Positions 36,777-45,835 of a DNA stretch of 58,088 nucleotides are shown piece after piece (position 1 is the stretch's first letter; each line of letters starts with the position of its first letter). Origin of the DNA: Glaciecola sp. (GTDB lineage: Bacteria; Planctomycetota; UBA1135; GCA-002686595). A program made the translations under genes and the position numbers. The notes under the pieces were generated by a model, which was not told where the DNA came from, made no database searches, and saw nothing but the letters and a program-made list of their open reading frames with translations. The stretch lies in NCBI GenBank assembly GCA_047611645.1, contig JBLFXY010000001.1, positions 1-58,088 on the forward strand, read 5' to 3'.

Positions 36777-37958
36777 ATGAATCGAATCGTTTTGCTTTGT
36801 TTTTTGATGGCGCTTGGGTCTTGCCGTGCGAAGGCGCCCACGGGGCCGGACTATGGACGTGAGCTTCCGTATGGAACGAGTCCGCTGATGCTTTTATCAG
36901 CCAACGAGTTGCGTCCGGACGTTTCGGCAACCTGGATCGATCGAGCCGATTTCTTGCCGCCCCTTAAGAGTTCAATCGCTTGGACCAATCTAGCGTACTC
37001 GCACCAATTCTTCCCCGCCGCCCAGATCTCCCACGATGTAGCGCTACAGAGTTTAAAGCGCTTTCATGAATTGCTGCTGACCTGCCGCACGGCGAATGAT
37101 TTTGAATCGAAGGTGCAAACCGAATTTGACTTCTACCGTAGCGCCGGGTGGGACGGACGCGGCGGCGGCGTGCTATTCACGGGTTACTGCACCCCCGTTT
37201 TGGATGGCAGCTTGATTCGCAGTGAGAGCTATCGCTACCCGCTCTACGCCCTTCCGCCGGACTTGGTCAAAGCCGACGATGGCACAATTCTGGGTCGCCG
37301 TACGAAAACGGGCATGCAGGCCTACCCCACGCGCCGCACCCTGGAAACCTCTGGGATGCTCGCGAATCAAGGATTGGAGCTTGTTTGGCTACGTGATCCT
37401 CTGGATGCATTTATCGCCCACGTGAATGGCTCTGCCTTTATACGGTCGCCCGATGGCACGGAGTTGCGCTTCGGCTACGCCGGAAAAAACGGCCAACCTT
37501 ACACCAGCATGGGCGGGCAGCTCGTCAAGGACGGCTTGATCTCAAAGGACTCTCTTTCCCTCGGAACCCTGCGCGCCTGGGCGGCTCAAAATCCAGAACT
37601 GGTCGATGAGTACATGCATCGCAACGATTCGTACGTATTCTTCGGTCCCATTTCAGGCAACCCTCGCGGCAGCCTCAACCTTGAGGTGGCTGCCCAGCGC
37701 ACCTTGGCCACGGACAAAACCTTGTTCCCGCGCGGCGCCTTGGTTTTCGTGGACACGGTGCTGCCCGTGCCTGGCGGGGGCTTCATGCCTTTCGCTCAAA
37801 TGATGCTCGATCAGGACACGGGTGGAGCCATCCGCACCGCGGGTCGAGCTGACATTTACCTCGGGGTGGGCCACTCTGCCGAACGCATGGCGGGTACCAC
37901 ACGCTCCGAGGGTCAGATGTACTACCTATTCCTCAAGCCCGAGTTTCTGAACCAGTGA
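36777..37958 (+). CDS. mltA: membrane-bound lytic murein transglycosylase A (MltA plus 3D domains), lipoprotein
   Basis: ATG 36777 gives MNRIVLLCFLMALGSCRA. Further on: FTGYCTPVLDGS, AHVNGSAFIRSPDG, YVFF, RTLATDKTLFPRGALVFVD and DTGGAIRTAGRADIYLGVG. Confidence 0.8.
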   Translation: MNRIVLLCFLMALGSCRAKAPTGPDYGRELPYGTSPLMLLSANELRPDVSATWIDRADFLPPLKSSIAWTNLAYSHQFFPAAQISHDVALQSLKRFHELLLTCRTANDFESKVQTEFDFYRSAGWDGRGGGVLFTGYCTPVLDGSLIRSESYRYPLYALPPDLVKADDGTILGRRTKTGMQAYPTRRTLETSGMLANQGLELVWLRDPLDAFIAHVNGSAFIRSPDGTELRFGYAGKNGQPYTSMGGQLVKDGLISKDSLSLGTLRAWAAQNPELVDEYMHRNDSYVFFGPISGNPRGSLNLEVAAQRTLATDKTLFPRGALVFVDTVLPVPGGGFMPFAQMMLDQDTGGAIRTAGRADIYLGVGHSAERMAGTTRSEGQMYYLFLKPEFLNQ

Positions 37959-38410
37959 GTGCGGGACGGGTCGTCGCCGTTTGCCTGGGCGCTGGAGGTA
38001 TACCCAAGCAGCAGGTGCTTGAAGCTCAAGTGAACCGCATGGGGCTTGCAGGGGACAAGCAACGCCACCCGGAACACGGGGGCGAGAACAGGGCTGTTTG
38101 CTTGTTTTCTACCGCCGATTACACCTCCCTCCAGCGAGATGGCGTGAGCGCGAACACACCCGGCTCCTTTGGCGAGAACCTGCTGATCGAAGGCTTGTCC
38201 TTTGATGATTTGAGCCCGGGCGACCAGCTCGCGATTGGAGATCAGGTCGTGCTCGAAATCCACGACTGCCGAGAACCTTGTGTCACCCTGCTGTCGGTCG
38301 ATGAGCGCTTCCCCGCCCTCATGGAGGGTCGCAGCGGTTTTGTCTGCCGGGTCATTCAAGGTGGACGCCTGGTCCCCCATGCATCCGTGTCCCGCATCGA
38401 TCCCCGATAA
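37955..38410 (+). CDS. MOSC domain protein (YiiM-like)
   Basis: GLAGDKQRHPEHGGENRAVCLFS...SFGENLLIEGL...GDQVVLEIHDCREPC. The start overlaps the mltA stop. Confidence 0.7.
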   Translation: MSAGRVVAVCLGAGGIPKQQVLEAQVNRMGLAGDKQRHPEHGGENRAVCLFSTADYTSLQRDGVSANTPGSFGENLLIEGLSFDDLSPGDQLAIGDQVVLEIHDCREPCVTLLSVDERFPALMEGRSGFVCRVIQGGRLVPHASVSRIDPR

Positions 38411-38514
38411 CCCCAATAATAATAATAGGGTCCGCCCACTTTTTCGGGGCGCCCCCTCGCCTGAAGCCTTCCGGCGTGCTATCCAGGTGGTTGTAACCTC
38501 CCCCAGAATCCATC

Positions 38515-38757
38515 ATGACCGAGTACGACGCCACCCGATTCACCGTTGAGCCCGTAGAGGGCGACGACCAAATCGCTATCACCATCCATGCCTCCGACGG
38601 CAACAAGTGGGAGTATGGCATCCCCTACAGCCCCGAATCCGGACGCTACACGTTTGAGGAGTTGGACGTTATCGCCATGGACTTCGGCGATGACTTCGCT
38701 GAGGATTTAAGCGAGAAGCTAGCCGAGGTGGTCGCAGAGACGATCGCCAAAAACTAG
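38515..38757 (+). CDS. small acidic hypothetical protein
   Basis: 80-codon ORF with an ATG start. The composition looks coding, but no family is recognised. Confidence 0.45.
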   Translation: MTEYDATRFTVEPVEGDDQIAITIHASDGNKWEYGIPYSPESGRYTFEELDVIAMDFGDDFAEDLSEKLAEVVAETIAKN

Positions 38758-38763
38758 CGGCTC

Positions 38764-39726
38764 TCAGTCGCAAGCTTGCAGTAGCTCTTCGAACGGCTCT
38801 CGCTCAAGCTCACCGGTGAGCGCGCCAAGGGCGTGCTCGATCCAAATTTTGGCCTCGATGCAATCCTCGAGCGCCACGAACATTTCCGCAAGGGCCAAGC
38901 AAGCGTCCCAATCCCCGGGATCGACCTCTACGGCCTTGCGATAGGCTTGACGAGCTTCGACAGCCCTTCCCTGGGATTGGTGTAATTTGCCGATTAGAGT
39001 CCATGCACGGCCTTGTTGGGGATCGATCTCCAAGGCTCGCTGTAGGGCTAGAATAGTCTTAGGCAAGGGCTCCGTAGCGCCAGACTGGGCCTTCGCTAGA
39101 TCCCATATGGCGGCTCCCACATAGGCCTCTGCGGGTGGGTCGATGGCATTCAGTCGCAGAGTCCAAGCCTCGCCTTCCATATCCGCCAGGCCGAGTAGTG
39201 CCGCGCGCTGGGCGACCTCCTCTGCAAGAGCCGCGTCCTGGCCATCGATCCGTAGGACCTGCAACAGAAGCCCGAGCCCCCTGGCCTCCCGGTCCCCTCC
39301 GAGTAACGCTCGGCCGTAAAGAGTCAACACTTCCACGTTGCCGGCATGGTCCTTCAGCAACTCCGAGAGCACCTGCCCCCCCGCACGAATCTGACCCTGG
39401 CTGAAGTGCGCCTTGGCCAGCAGCAATCCATACGGCACCTCCGTACCCTCTGCTGGCGGCTCGGCCCGCAAGACCTGGATCGCACCCCTGGCCCGATCTG
39501 ACTCTAAAAGAGCCTCCCCCAGGTGCAAACGCGCCTCCGGATCACGGCCACGCTGGCTCACCAGTAAGCCATTCCAAAGGTCCATAGCATCCGCCCAATC
39601 CCCATGGCTAGTGGCCAAAAGGGCCAATCGGCGGGTTTCAGGGTCGGCCTTGGGAGTAGAAACGCAGGCGCTGACCCCCAAAAGGAGGCATGCGAGCGTG
39701 GGCAATAGTCGGTTGGTGCGTAACAT
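38764..39726 (-). CDS. TPR-repeat lipoprotein
   Basis: LLGVSAC lipobox followed by repeated A..Y..AL..DP TPR-like helices. Confidence 0.7.
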   Translation of the reverse strand: MLRTNRLLPTLACLLLGVSACVSTPKADPETRRLALLATSHGDWADAMDLWNGLLVSQRGRDPEARLHLGEALLESDRARGAIQVLRAEPPAEGTEVPYGLLLAKAHFSQGQIRAGGQVLSELLKDHAGNVEVLTLYGRALLGGDREARGLGLLLQVLRIDGQDAALAEEVAQRAALLGLADMEGEAWTLRLNAIDPPAEAYVGAAIWDLAKAQSGATEPLPKTILALQRALEIDPQQGRAWTLIGKLHQSQGRAVEARQAYRKAVEVDPGDWDACLALAEMFVALEDCIEAKIWIEHALGALTGELEREPFEELLQACD

Positions 39727-39787
39727 GGGGCGCGATCTGCGATAAGGCTACCGTCCCGGCCCCCTCTGTGGGAAACTGCCCCACAAC

Positions 39788-40780
39788 ATGAGCTCTCAGG
39801 AATCTTTGCAGGAGGAATTAGACTCCATTCGACAGGCCACCAAGGACCTTCTTGGGGTCTTGGACGCCCAATTGATTGGACAACCGCAAACTACCCGGCA
39901 AATATTGGAATGCCTGGTCGCGAATGGCCATGCCCTGATCGAAGGCGCCCCTGGATTGGGCAAAACCACGCTGGTCCGCACACTGGCTCGCAACCTGAAC
40001 CTGGACTTCCAGCGCATTCAGTTCACGCCGGACTTGATGCCCGCTGACATCATCGGAGCGCGCATCCTGAACTTTGACGAGCGTGGCGCCCAGGGACTCA
40101 CCTTCGAGCCCGGGCCCATTCATACCCAGGTGCTGCTGGCCGACGAAATCAACCGAGCCACTCCCCGAACCCAGTCTGCACTGCTCGAGGCCATGGAAGA
40201 GCACCAGGTCACCGTGTTCGGTGAAACACGTCAGCTCGACAAGCCGTTCATGGTCGTGGCCACCCAAAACCCGATTGAGATGGAGGGCACCTTCCCCCTC
40301 CCCGAAGCCCAGCTCGATCGGTTCCTGGTCAAGCTGCACATCGACATGCCTGAGGTCGGCGACCTGGCCACGCTTTACGCGCAGGGTCCGGAGCGATCCT
40401 CGCAGAACAGCCAGCCGATGGTCGAGCGCGCCACCGTATTGCGCATGCAAGAGCTCGCGCGACAGATTCCCGTGGGCGAAGACGTGGCCCGCCGCGTAGC
40501 GCGCATCATTCACGCCACCCATCCCAACAGCAAGCTCGCCGGCGAAAAGACCCGCGCTCTGGTGCGCCACGGAGCCAGTCCCCGCGGAGGCCTCGCAATG
40601 CTTGCCATGGCCCGCGCCCGCACGCTCATGACGGGTGGCCTGCACGTGAAGATGGACGAACTCGACGCTGTTGCCTTACCCTGCTTGCGGCATCGTATTC
40701 TGCTCAATTACGAAGGCATGGCCGGGGACGTGTCTATCACGGAACTGATTCAAGAAGCCATGCAACAGGCCGACGCCTGA
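39788..40780 (+). CDS. MoxR-family AAA+ ATPase
   Basis: GHALIEGAPGLGKTTLVRTLA, FQRIQFTPDLMPADIIG, LLADEINRATPRTQSALLEAMEE and ATQNPIEMEGTFPLPEAQLDRF. Confidence 0.9.
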   Translation: MSSQESLQEELDSIRQATKDLLGVLDAQLIGQPQTTRQILECLVANGHALIEGAPGLGKTTLVRTLARNLNLDFQRIQFTPDLMPADIIGARILNFDERGAQGLTFEPGPIHTQVLLADEINRATPRTQSALLEAMEEHQVTVFGETRQLDKPFMVVATQNPIEMEGTFPLPEAQLDRFLVKLHIDMPEVGDLATLYAQGPERSSQNSQPMVERATVLRMQELARQIPVGEDVARRVARIIHATHPNSKLAGEKTRALVRHGASPRGGLAMLAMARARTLMTGGLHVKMDELDAVALPCLRHRILLNYEGMAGDVSITELIQEAMQQADA

Positions 40781-40832
40781 AAAGCTTGCCCTCGCAACCA
40801 CTCCCGGCCCACACCTGGAGAACCAGTCGACC

Positions 40833-41711
40833 ATGAAAACAGCCGTACGTCTCATTCAATGCAATCCCCGTCTTGGGGATTGGGAACACAATCACAAGAT
40901 GCACCTGGAAGCCATCGACCAAGCGGTCCGCGATGGCAAGCAGATCGTGATGTTCCCGGAGCTTTCATTGACCGGGTACTTCCTCAAGGATCAAGCCCAT
41001 GAAGAAGCCCTGTACAAGGACGCAGAGAAACTCAATGCGCTGCGCAAGGCCTCCAAGAAAATTTCCATTCTGGCGGGCTTCGTGGAGCGTGGTCGGGACG
41101 GGCGTATCTACAACAGCATGGGCTTCTTCGAGGACGGAGATCTGATCGCGGTGCATCGCAAGGTGCACTTGGTGACCTACGGAATGTTCGAGGATGGACG
41201 GGATTTCGCCCCTGGTTCGCGCTTCGAACCGGTGCGTAGCAAGCACGGCATCTTCGGTGTTCTGACCTGCGAGGACATGTGGCACATCGGCGGCGCCTAC
41301 CTGTATTTTTTGGATGGCGTGGACGCTCTCTTGGTGGCTTCCGCCAGCCCGGGACGCGGCATAGCCACCGCTGGCACGGCCGAAGGCGAACCCGCCCTCG
41401 CCTCCAACCGCATCTGGAAAACCGTGCAAGACCACGCCTGTCTGCTATTCCAAACCCCCGTGCTTTACACCAATCGGGTCGGCTTTGAGGACGGCATTGT
41501 ATTCGGGGGCGCCACGCGCGCCTTGGACGCTAGCGCCCGCGAAATGGGCTACTTGGACTCCCTGGATGAAGGGCACCTAGACGTGGAACTCAGTCGCCCT
41601 CTTTTGGAGCGCACCAGAGCGATCACACCCTTGCGCAGGGATGAGCGCACGGAGATGTTCGCCGCGGAATTGGCACGCCGCAACAAGCACGACCAGGGTG
41701 ACCCGGCTTGA
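40833..41711 (+). CDS. carbon-nitrogen hydrolase (nitrilase-superfamily) protein, likely the glutaminase partner of NadE
   Basis: FPELSLTGY, the HRKVHL lysine and CEDMWH (the Glu-Lys-Cys triad context). It overlaps the nadE start by 4 nt. Confidence 0.75.
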   Translation: MKTAVRLIQCNPRLGDWEHNHKMHLEAIDQAVRDGKQIVMFPELSLTGYFLKDQAHEEALYKDAEKLNALRKASKKISILAGFVERGRDGRIYNSMGFFEDGDLIAVHRKVHLVTYGMFEDGRDFAPGSRFEPVRSKHGIFGVLTCEDMWHIGGAYLYFLDGVDALLVASASPGRGIATAGTAEGEPALASNRIWKTVQDHACLLFQTPVLYTNRVGFEDGIVFGGATRALDASAREMGYLDSLDEGHLDVELSRPLLERTRAITPLRRDERTEMFAAELARRNKHDQGDPA

Positions 41712-42529
41712 GCATCCTCGATGTGCAACCGGATCTACTCAATCAGATCCTGGTGCGTTTCCTGCGCGAGGAAGCGGGCTGCTTCGGTTTCAAGAAGGCC
41801 GTACTCGGTCTGTCGGGAGGGGTCGATTCGGCGGTGTCTTGCGCCCTGGCTGCCCAGGCCTTCGGCCCGGAGAATGTGTTGGCCGTGTTGATGCCGTACA
41901 CGACCTCGCACCCGGATTCACTGAATCACGCGTACTTGTGCGCCAACGCCTTGGGTGTGCGTACAAAGGTCGTTCCAATCGGTGCCATGGTCGATGGATA
42001 CGCGAATCAAGAAGCTATCGAGGACGCGACTCGGCGCGGCAACATCATGGCGCGTGCACGCATGGTCGTGCTCTATGACCAATCCGCAGCCGAGTCGGGC
42101 TTGGTGATTGGAACCAGCAATAAGACCGAGATGCTGCTCGGATACTCCACCCAATTTGGCGATGGGGCCTCCGCCTTGAACCCGCTGGGAGACCTGTACA
42201 AGCACCAGGTTTTTCAATTGGCTAAGCATCTGAACCTGCCGTCCGAAATCGTGGAAAAGCCGCCTTCCGCAGACCTCTTCGAAGGTCAATCCGACGAGGC
42301 CGATCTTGGATTTTCCTACGCGCAGGCTGACGAAGCCCTGTTCCGCATGGTTGAAGAGCGCTGGTCCATGGAGGAGCTCTTGGAGCACGGCTTCGAACGC
42401 CAGTTTATCGATACGTTGCAATGGCGGGTCTCGATCAACCACTACAAGCGGCTGCCCCCCATCATCGCCAAGGTGACTTCGCGCAGCTTCCTCACCGACT
42501 TCCGCTACCTGCGCTGCCGGGACCATTGA
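41708..42529 (+). CDS. nadE: NAD+ synthetase (synthetase domain only)
   Basis: The P-loop GLSGGVDSAV, followed by GTSNKTEMLLGYSTQFGDGA and LGDLYKHQVF. Confidence 0.85.
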   Translation: MSILDVQPDLLNQILVRFLREEAGCFGFKKAVLGLSGGVDSAVSCALAAQAFGPENVLAVLMPYTTSHPDSLNHAYLCANALGVRTKVVPIGAMVDGYANQEAIEDATRRGNIMARARMVVLYDQSAAESGLVIGTSNKTEMLLGYSTQFGDGASALNPLGDLYKHQVFQLAKHLNLPSEIVEKPPSADLFEGQSDEADLGFSYAQADEALFRMVEERWSMEELLEHGFERQFIDTLQWRVSINHYKRLPPIIAKVTSRSFLTDFRYLRCRDH

Positions 42530-42552
42530 TCCCAACCTTTCCCGATCAACAA

Positions 42553-42592
42553 CAGCCCCGCATCCCTCTAAAGGGATGCGGGGCTGTTTCTT
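42553..42592 (+). terminator. rho-independent terminator after nadE
   Basis: A 15-bp perfect stem, cagccccgcatccct/agggatgcggggctg, with loop ctaa, followed by tttctt. Confidence 0.8.
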
Positions 42593-42637
42593 ATTGCCTG
42601 CTAGCCATCTGCTAGCGATACAAAAAGTTTGTGCTAA

Positions 42638-43402
42638 CTAGAACGCCCAGTTCACGCCAACGCCTAGCCAGAACTGGGTCGAATTGACGTCGCGCGCATC
42701 CAACGCGTCGTCATCAGCGATCACGGTCGAGTAAGCGGCAACCGTATGGAGAGTGGTGTTCTTGTTGAGAGGCCGACTGGCTCCCGCTTCCAGTGAGATG
42801 TCGGACAAACCGGCACTGTCGTCCCCATACAAGAAGTGTCCCATGTTCGAACTGACCGCGCCCAAACTTGCTTTCCAATATCCTGCGGTGCGCTCGTCCA
42901 CATCAAAGAAGCCTTGAATGGAGCCGTTCGCATACACGCCGTCCCCTTCGTCCACGTCCCAGTAGGCCGTGACCTCTGAGGTGAATTGATTCCAGTCCCA
43001 TTGGGTGCCTGCGAATAGTTCCCGGGTGCCGACCCCCGCGCGGTTGTACTGCACCAAACCTGCGTGGAATTTATCAAACCCCTGGTAATCCAGTGGGTGG
43101 TGTAGATCGAAGATCCAACGGTTTTCATTCACGTCCAGAATGTCGGTACTTTCGAAGTGGCCATCCCCCGTACTCGCGGTGAGGCTCATGTTGCCCCATG
43201 CGCTCACATGCAAGTGGGTATCCTCGTTGACCTTGAATGCGGTTGTCATCGAGCCTTGCAGTACGGGGCGCTCATTCATGGTGACGCCACGGAACGCGTA
43301 CTGGGTTTTCACCATGGTCTCGGCGCTCACGCGTGGCGCCTCCGTCATGTTGCAGGAGGCGATGGAGAGGGTAAGCAGGAGCAGAGTGGAGAGTTTCTTC
43401 AT
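42638..43402 (-). CDS. outer-membrane beta-barrel protein
   Basis: ATG 43402 gives MKKLSTLLLLTLSIASC. The rest shows an alternating beta-strand pattern and a C-terminal ...GVGVNWAF with terminal Phe. The longer ORF start at 43744 runs into the upstream pseudogene. Confidence 0.7.
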   Translation of the reverse strand: MKKLSTLLLLTLSIASCNMTEAPRVSAETMVKTQYAFRGVTMNERPVLQGSMTTAFKVNEDTHLHVSAWGNMSLTASTGDGHFESTDILDVNENRWIFDLHHPLDYQGFDKFHAGLVQYNRAGVGTRELFAGTQWDWNQFTSEVTAYWDVDEGDGVYANGSIQGFFDVDERTAGYWKASLGAVSSNMGHFLYGDDSAGLSDISLEAGASRPLNKNTTLHTVAAYSTVIADDDALDARDVNSTQFWLGVGVNWAF

Positions 43403-43477
43403 GGGGTGCCTTTCTAATCGGGGCCCGCATTTTGACGATTGCAAGCTCCCCGGTCCAACCCCCGTCTCAGAGTACGC

Positions 43478-43518
43478 CTTTAAACAACACCAGCCGGGCG
43501 CAAAGCACTCGGCTGGTG
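43478..43518 (-). terminator. terminator-like hairpin upstream of the OMP gene (duplicated copy)
   Basis: caccagccg/cggctggtg 9-bp stem (43488-43496 and 43510-43518), followed on the minus strand by ttgttt. It is a paralogue of 44058-44095. Confidence 0.5.
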
Positions 43519-43544
43519 TGGGAGGAGTAAAGGATTGGACGGAA

Positions 43545-44016
43545 TTTGGCCATTTCAGGATGCACTTGGAGAGGGTTTTAACGGCGAATTCACTCCAGCC
43601 CTCTTTTGGGTACCTGCGAATAGCTTCTGGGTGGCGAGGTCCCGTGTAGGTTCCTAAACCCCTGTTGATACAGCGGGAATTAGCGGTCGCGGCTCCAGCC
43701 GTTTTCATCCACTTCCAAAAATTCAGCACTCGCGAAGGGCCCACCCCCTGTGATCGCGATGTGGTTCGTGCTGCTCAAAGCCGATCGGTGTAGGCTATTT
43801 CCCCCGTCGATCGTGAGCTTAGGTGCCGTCGAACCCTGTAACAGGGCGCTCAATCATAGTGACGCCACCGAACCCGTACTGGGTTTCAGTCATGGTCTCA
43901 GCTGGCGCGCGTGGCGCTTCCGTCATATTGCAGGAGACGATGGACAAGCTAAGCAGGAACAGAGTGGGGACTTCCTTCAAGGTGCCCTTACGAGACGCGA
44001 TACTAATTTTGACCAC
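43545..44016 (-). pseudogene. degraded tandem duplicate of the 5' half of the OMP gene
   Basis: LKEVPTLFLLSLSIVSCNMTEAPRAPAETMTETQYGFGGVTMIERPV... aligns with MKKLSTLLLLTLSIASCNMTEAPRVSAETMVKTQYAFRGVTMNERPV... Further on, ITGGGPFASAEFLEVDENGW aligns with STGDGHFESTDILDVNENRW. The ATG is replaced by TTG, and there are several stops and frame changes. Confidence 0.75.
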
Positions 44017-44057
44017 TGTGAGCTCCCCAGCCCACTTCCCGTCTGTGCGTACGCTTC

Positions 44058-44095
44058 AAAACGACACCAGCCGAGCGCAAAGCGCCCGGCTGGTG
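44058..44095 (-). terminator. rho-independent terminator of gene 44129-44611
   Basis: caccagccg/cggctggtg stem (44065-44073 and 44087-44095), followed on the minus strand by tcgtttt. Confidence 0.65.
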
Positions 44096-44128
44096 CGGGA
44101 AGGAGTGTAGGGATGGAGGGTGTTCTGG

Positions 44129-44611
44129 CTATTCCATGAGGCTCTTGGAGAGGGCGTCGAAGTCGACCGCTGAGATCTCATCTTTACGGATGGCGCCCAT
44201 GCCCTTGAAGCGAGCCGCTTCCTCGGGAGATGCCAACTCTTGCGAAGAGCCTTCAGGGAGGCCCTTGGCCTTTTCTCTGCCCACTTGGCGAACAACGGCT
44301 GCCAAGTTCTCGGGGAGGCCTTCGGGCAGGGTCTCACGGCGTTCCAGTGCACGGCGTGCCCTGCGGCAGACCTCAAGTGTGCTAGATAGGTTGGTTTGGA
44401 TGCGAACTAGGCGATCCAGGTCGGGGGCCGGTCCATCGATGGAGCGCTTTACTTTAGCGCTGGCCACTTCCAGAACCGCGATCAAACAGTTGATCTTGCG
44501 CATCAAGCGCTCGCGGTACTCAGGGGAATCCAGGTCGGTTTCTTGGAAGGGCTTATCTTTATCGTCGGACATGATCTTGTGTGGGGCTGTGCGGTCTTTG
44601 CTTGCGAACAA
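44129..44611 (-). CDS. hypothetical protein, last gene of the ECF sigma cluster
   Basis: 160-codon helical, charged ORF. The alternative start is ATG 44572 (MSDDKDKP). No family is recognised. Confidence 0.55.
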   Translation of the reverse strand: MFASKDRTAPHKIMSDDKDKPFQETDLDSPEYRERLMRKINCLIAVLEVASAKVKRSIDGPAPDLDRLVRIQTNLSSTLEVCRRARRALERRETLPEGLPENLAAVVRQVGREKAKGLPEGSSQELASPEEAARFKGMGAIRKDEISAVDFDALSKSLME

Positions 44612-44806
44612 ACAAATGTACCCCGCTCAGTAAGCAGGAGCGGATGAGCCGTGTGCGCAACGTCCACTAGTGGGGCCTAAGAGGGGGGTCCAGAAACTAT
44701 TTCCGAAACAACCCGGTCAGAGTGTTTCAAAAAGTGCACTAAATCCCAGGAAAACGACTCTATGTTAAACAGAACCCCTCAAAACACCGCCCAAAAGCAG
44801 TGTGAA

Positions 44807-45835
44807 CTAGAAACAGGACGAAACGAAGTCTTGGATTTCGTTCGAACCCAACTTTCCAACCGCGAGCAAGGAGTAGCCGTTCACTTCACCCATGAGAATA
44901 GTCCACTGCCCTTCTTCATAAACGCCCATCGTGCTATTTGGAGAGGCTCCGGCAAACAAGGACTTTTGCCTCTTGTGCATGAAGATCAAAGCACCCGCTC
45001 CATCCGTGAAGACTTGACGCACCCAGAGGCTCTGCGAGGCATCCAGGACTTCATAGGCCCGATAGAGTCGGAACTCTGCGGGCAGTAGCGTGGGGCTCAA
45101 TATTTCAAACTGTGCGTCCAAGCTGCCAAGGTCCTCAATCGCTATCTCAGACTCAGACCCCGACAAGCTTCCCGTCCCCATAGGAATGGGATTCTCTGCC
45201 AGCCCCAACGCAAAGCTCTCGAAGACCATCTTGGAGACCAGAACACCGGTGGAGTCCAGTTCCTGCCAGCCCAAGACCAAACTCGATTCAGGATCCATAT
45301 CCACCAAGTAATGGTTGGGCACGGGCTGATCGACGTCACTCCGCTTGTGTACCAATAGGCGCGTGCAGTTCACACCTGCAACGACCTGCTCTTGGTTGAG
45401 CAACTGCACCGTGTAGTTCGCTTCGAATAGGAACGGATCCAGCACGTGGAAGCCACGATAACGATAGTTGAAGCCTTCGTTCTGAGCTTGCTTGGCTATG
45501 AAACCCGCAGCATCGGCACGGGGGGCGAAGACCTCTACCACCCGGAGTCCGAATTGGCCTAGGCCATCCGCAGAGACTGCTTCCTTATACGAGACCGCCG
45601 GGCTCTCGGTTAAGAAATCGAAACGCCGGACCCCGTGGTACGCCACCTGCCAAGGTGCGGAAGCCAAATCCGCGGAAAGGGCGCTTGTGCCATCCGCGAT
45701 AAGCCCACTTCCAGCTCCTAATTCAATTGAGCTCGAACCGGCTGAATCGTTGCAAGCTGTGAGACCGCAGGCTAGCAGTGCCCCACCGATCCACAAGCCC
45801 AGTGTTTGCTTGGAGCCAAAGACGGAGCGCCTCAA
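44807..45835 (-). CDS. RseB/MucB-like sigma-E regulatory lipoprotein
   Basis: GLTAC lipobox. The C-terminal LLPAEFRLYRAYEV...WVRQVFTDGAGALIFMHK...GYSLLAVGKLGSNEIQDF resembles the RseB lPaGF...ysDGl..vSvF...vtvvGe.P pattern. It overlaps the anti-sigma gene stop. Confidence 0.55.
   Translation of the reverse strand: MRRSVFGSKQTLGLWIGGALLACGLTACNDSAGSSSIELGAGSGLIADGTSALSADLASAPWQVAYHGVRRFDFLTESPAVSYKEAVSADGLGQFGLRVVEVFAPRADAAGFIAKQAQNEGFNYRYRGFHVLDPFLFEANYTVQLLNQEQVVAGVNCTRLLVHKRSDVDQPVPNHYLVDMDPESSLVLGWQELDSTGVLVSKMVFESFALGLAENPIPMGTGSLSGSESEIAIEDLGSLDAQFEILSPTLLPAEFRLYRAYEVLDASQSLWVRQVFTDGAGALIFMHKRQKSLFAGASPNSTMGVYEEGQWTILMGEVNGYSLLAVGKLGSNEIQDFVSSCF

Noticed and set aside
43403-43744. N-terminal 114 codons of the 368-codon ORF 42638..43744
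   Set aside because: This stretch is the decayed duplicate and the intergenic leader. The real OMP starts at ATG 43402 with a signal peptide and lipobox.
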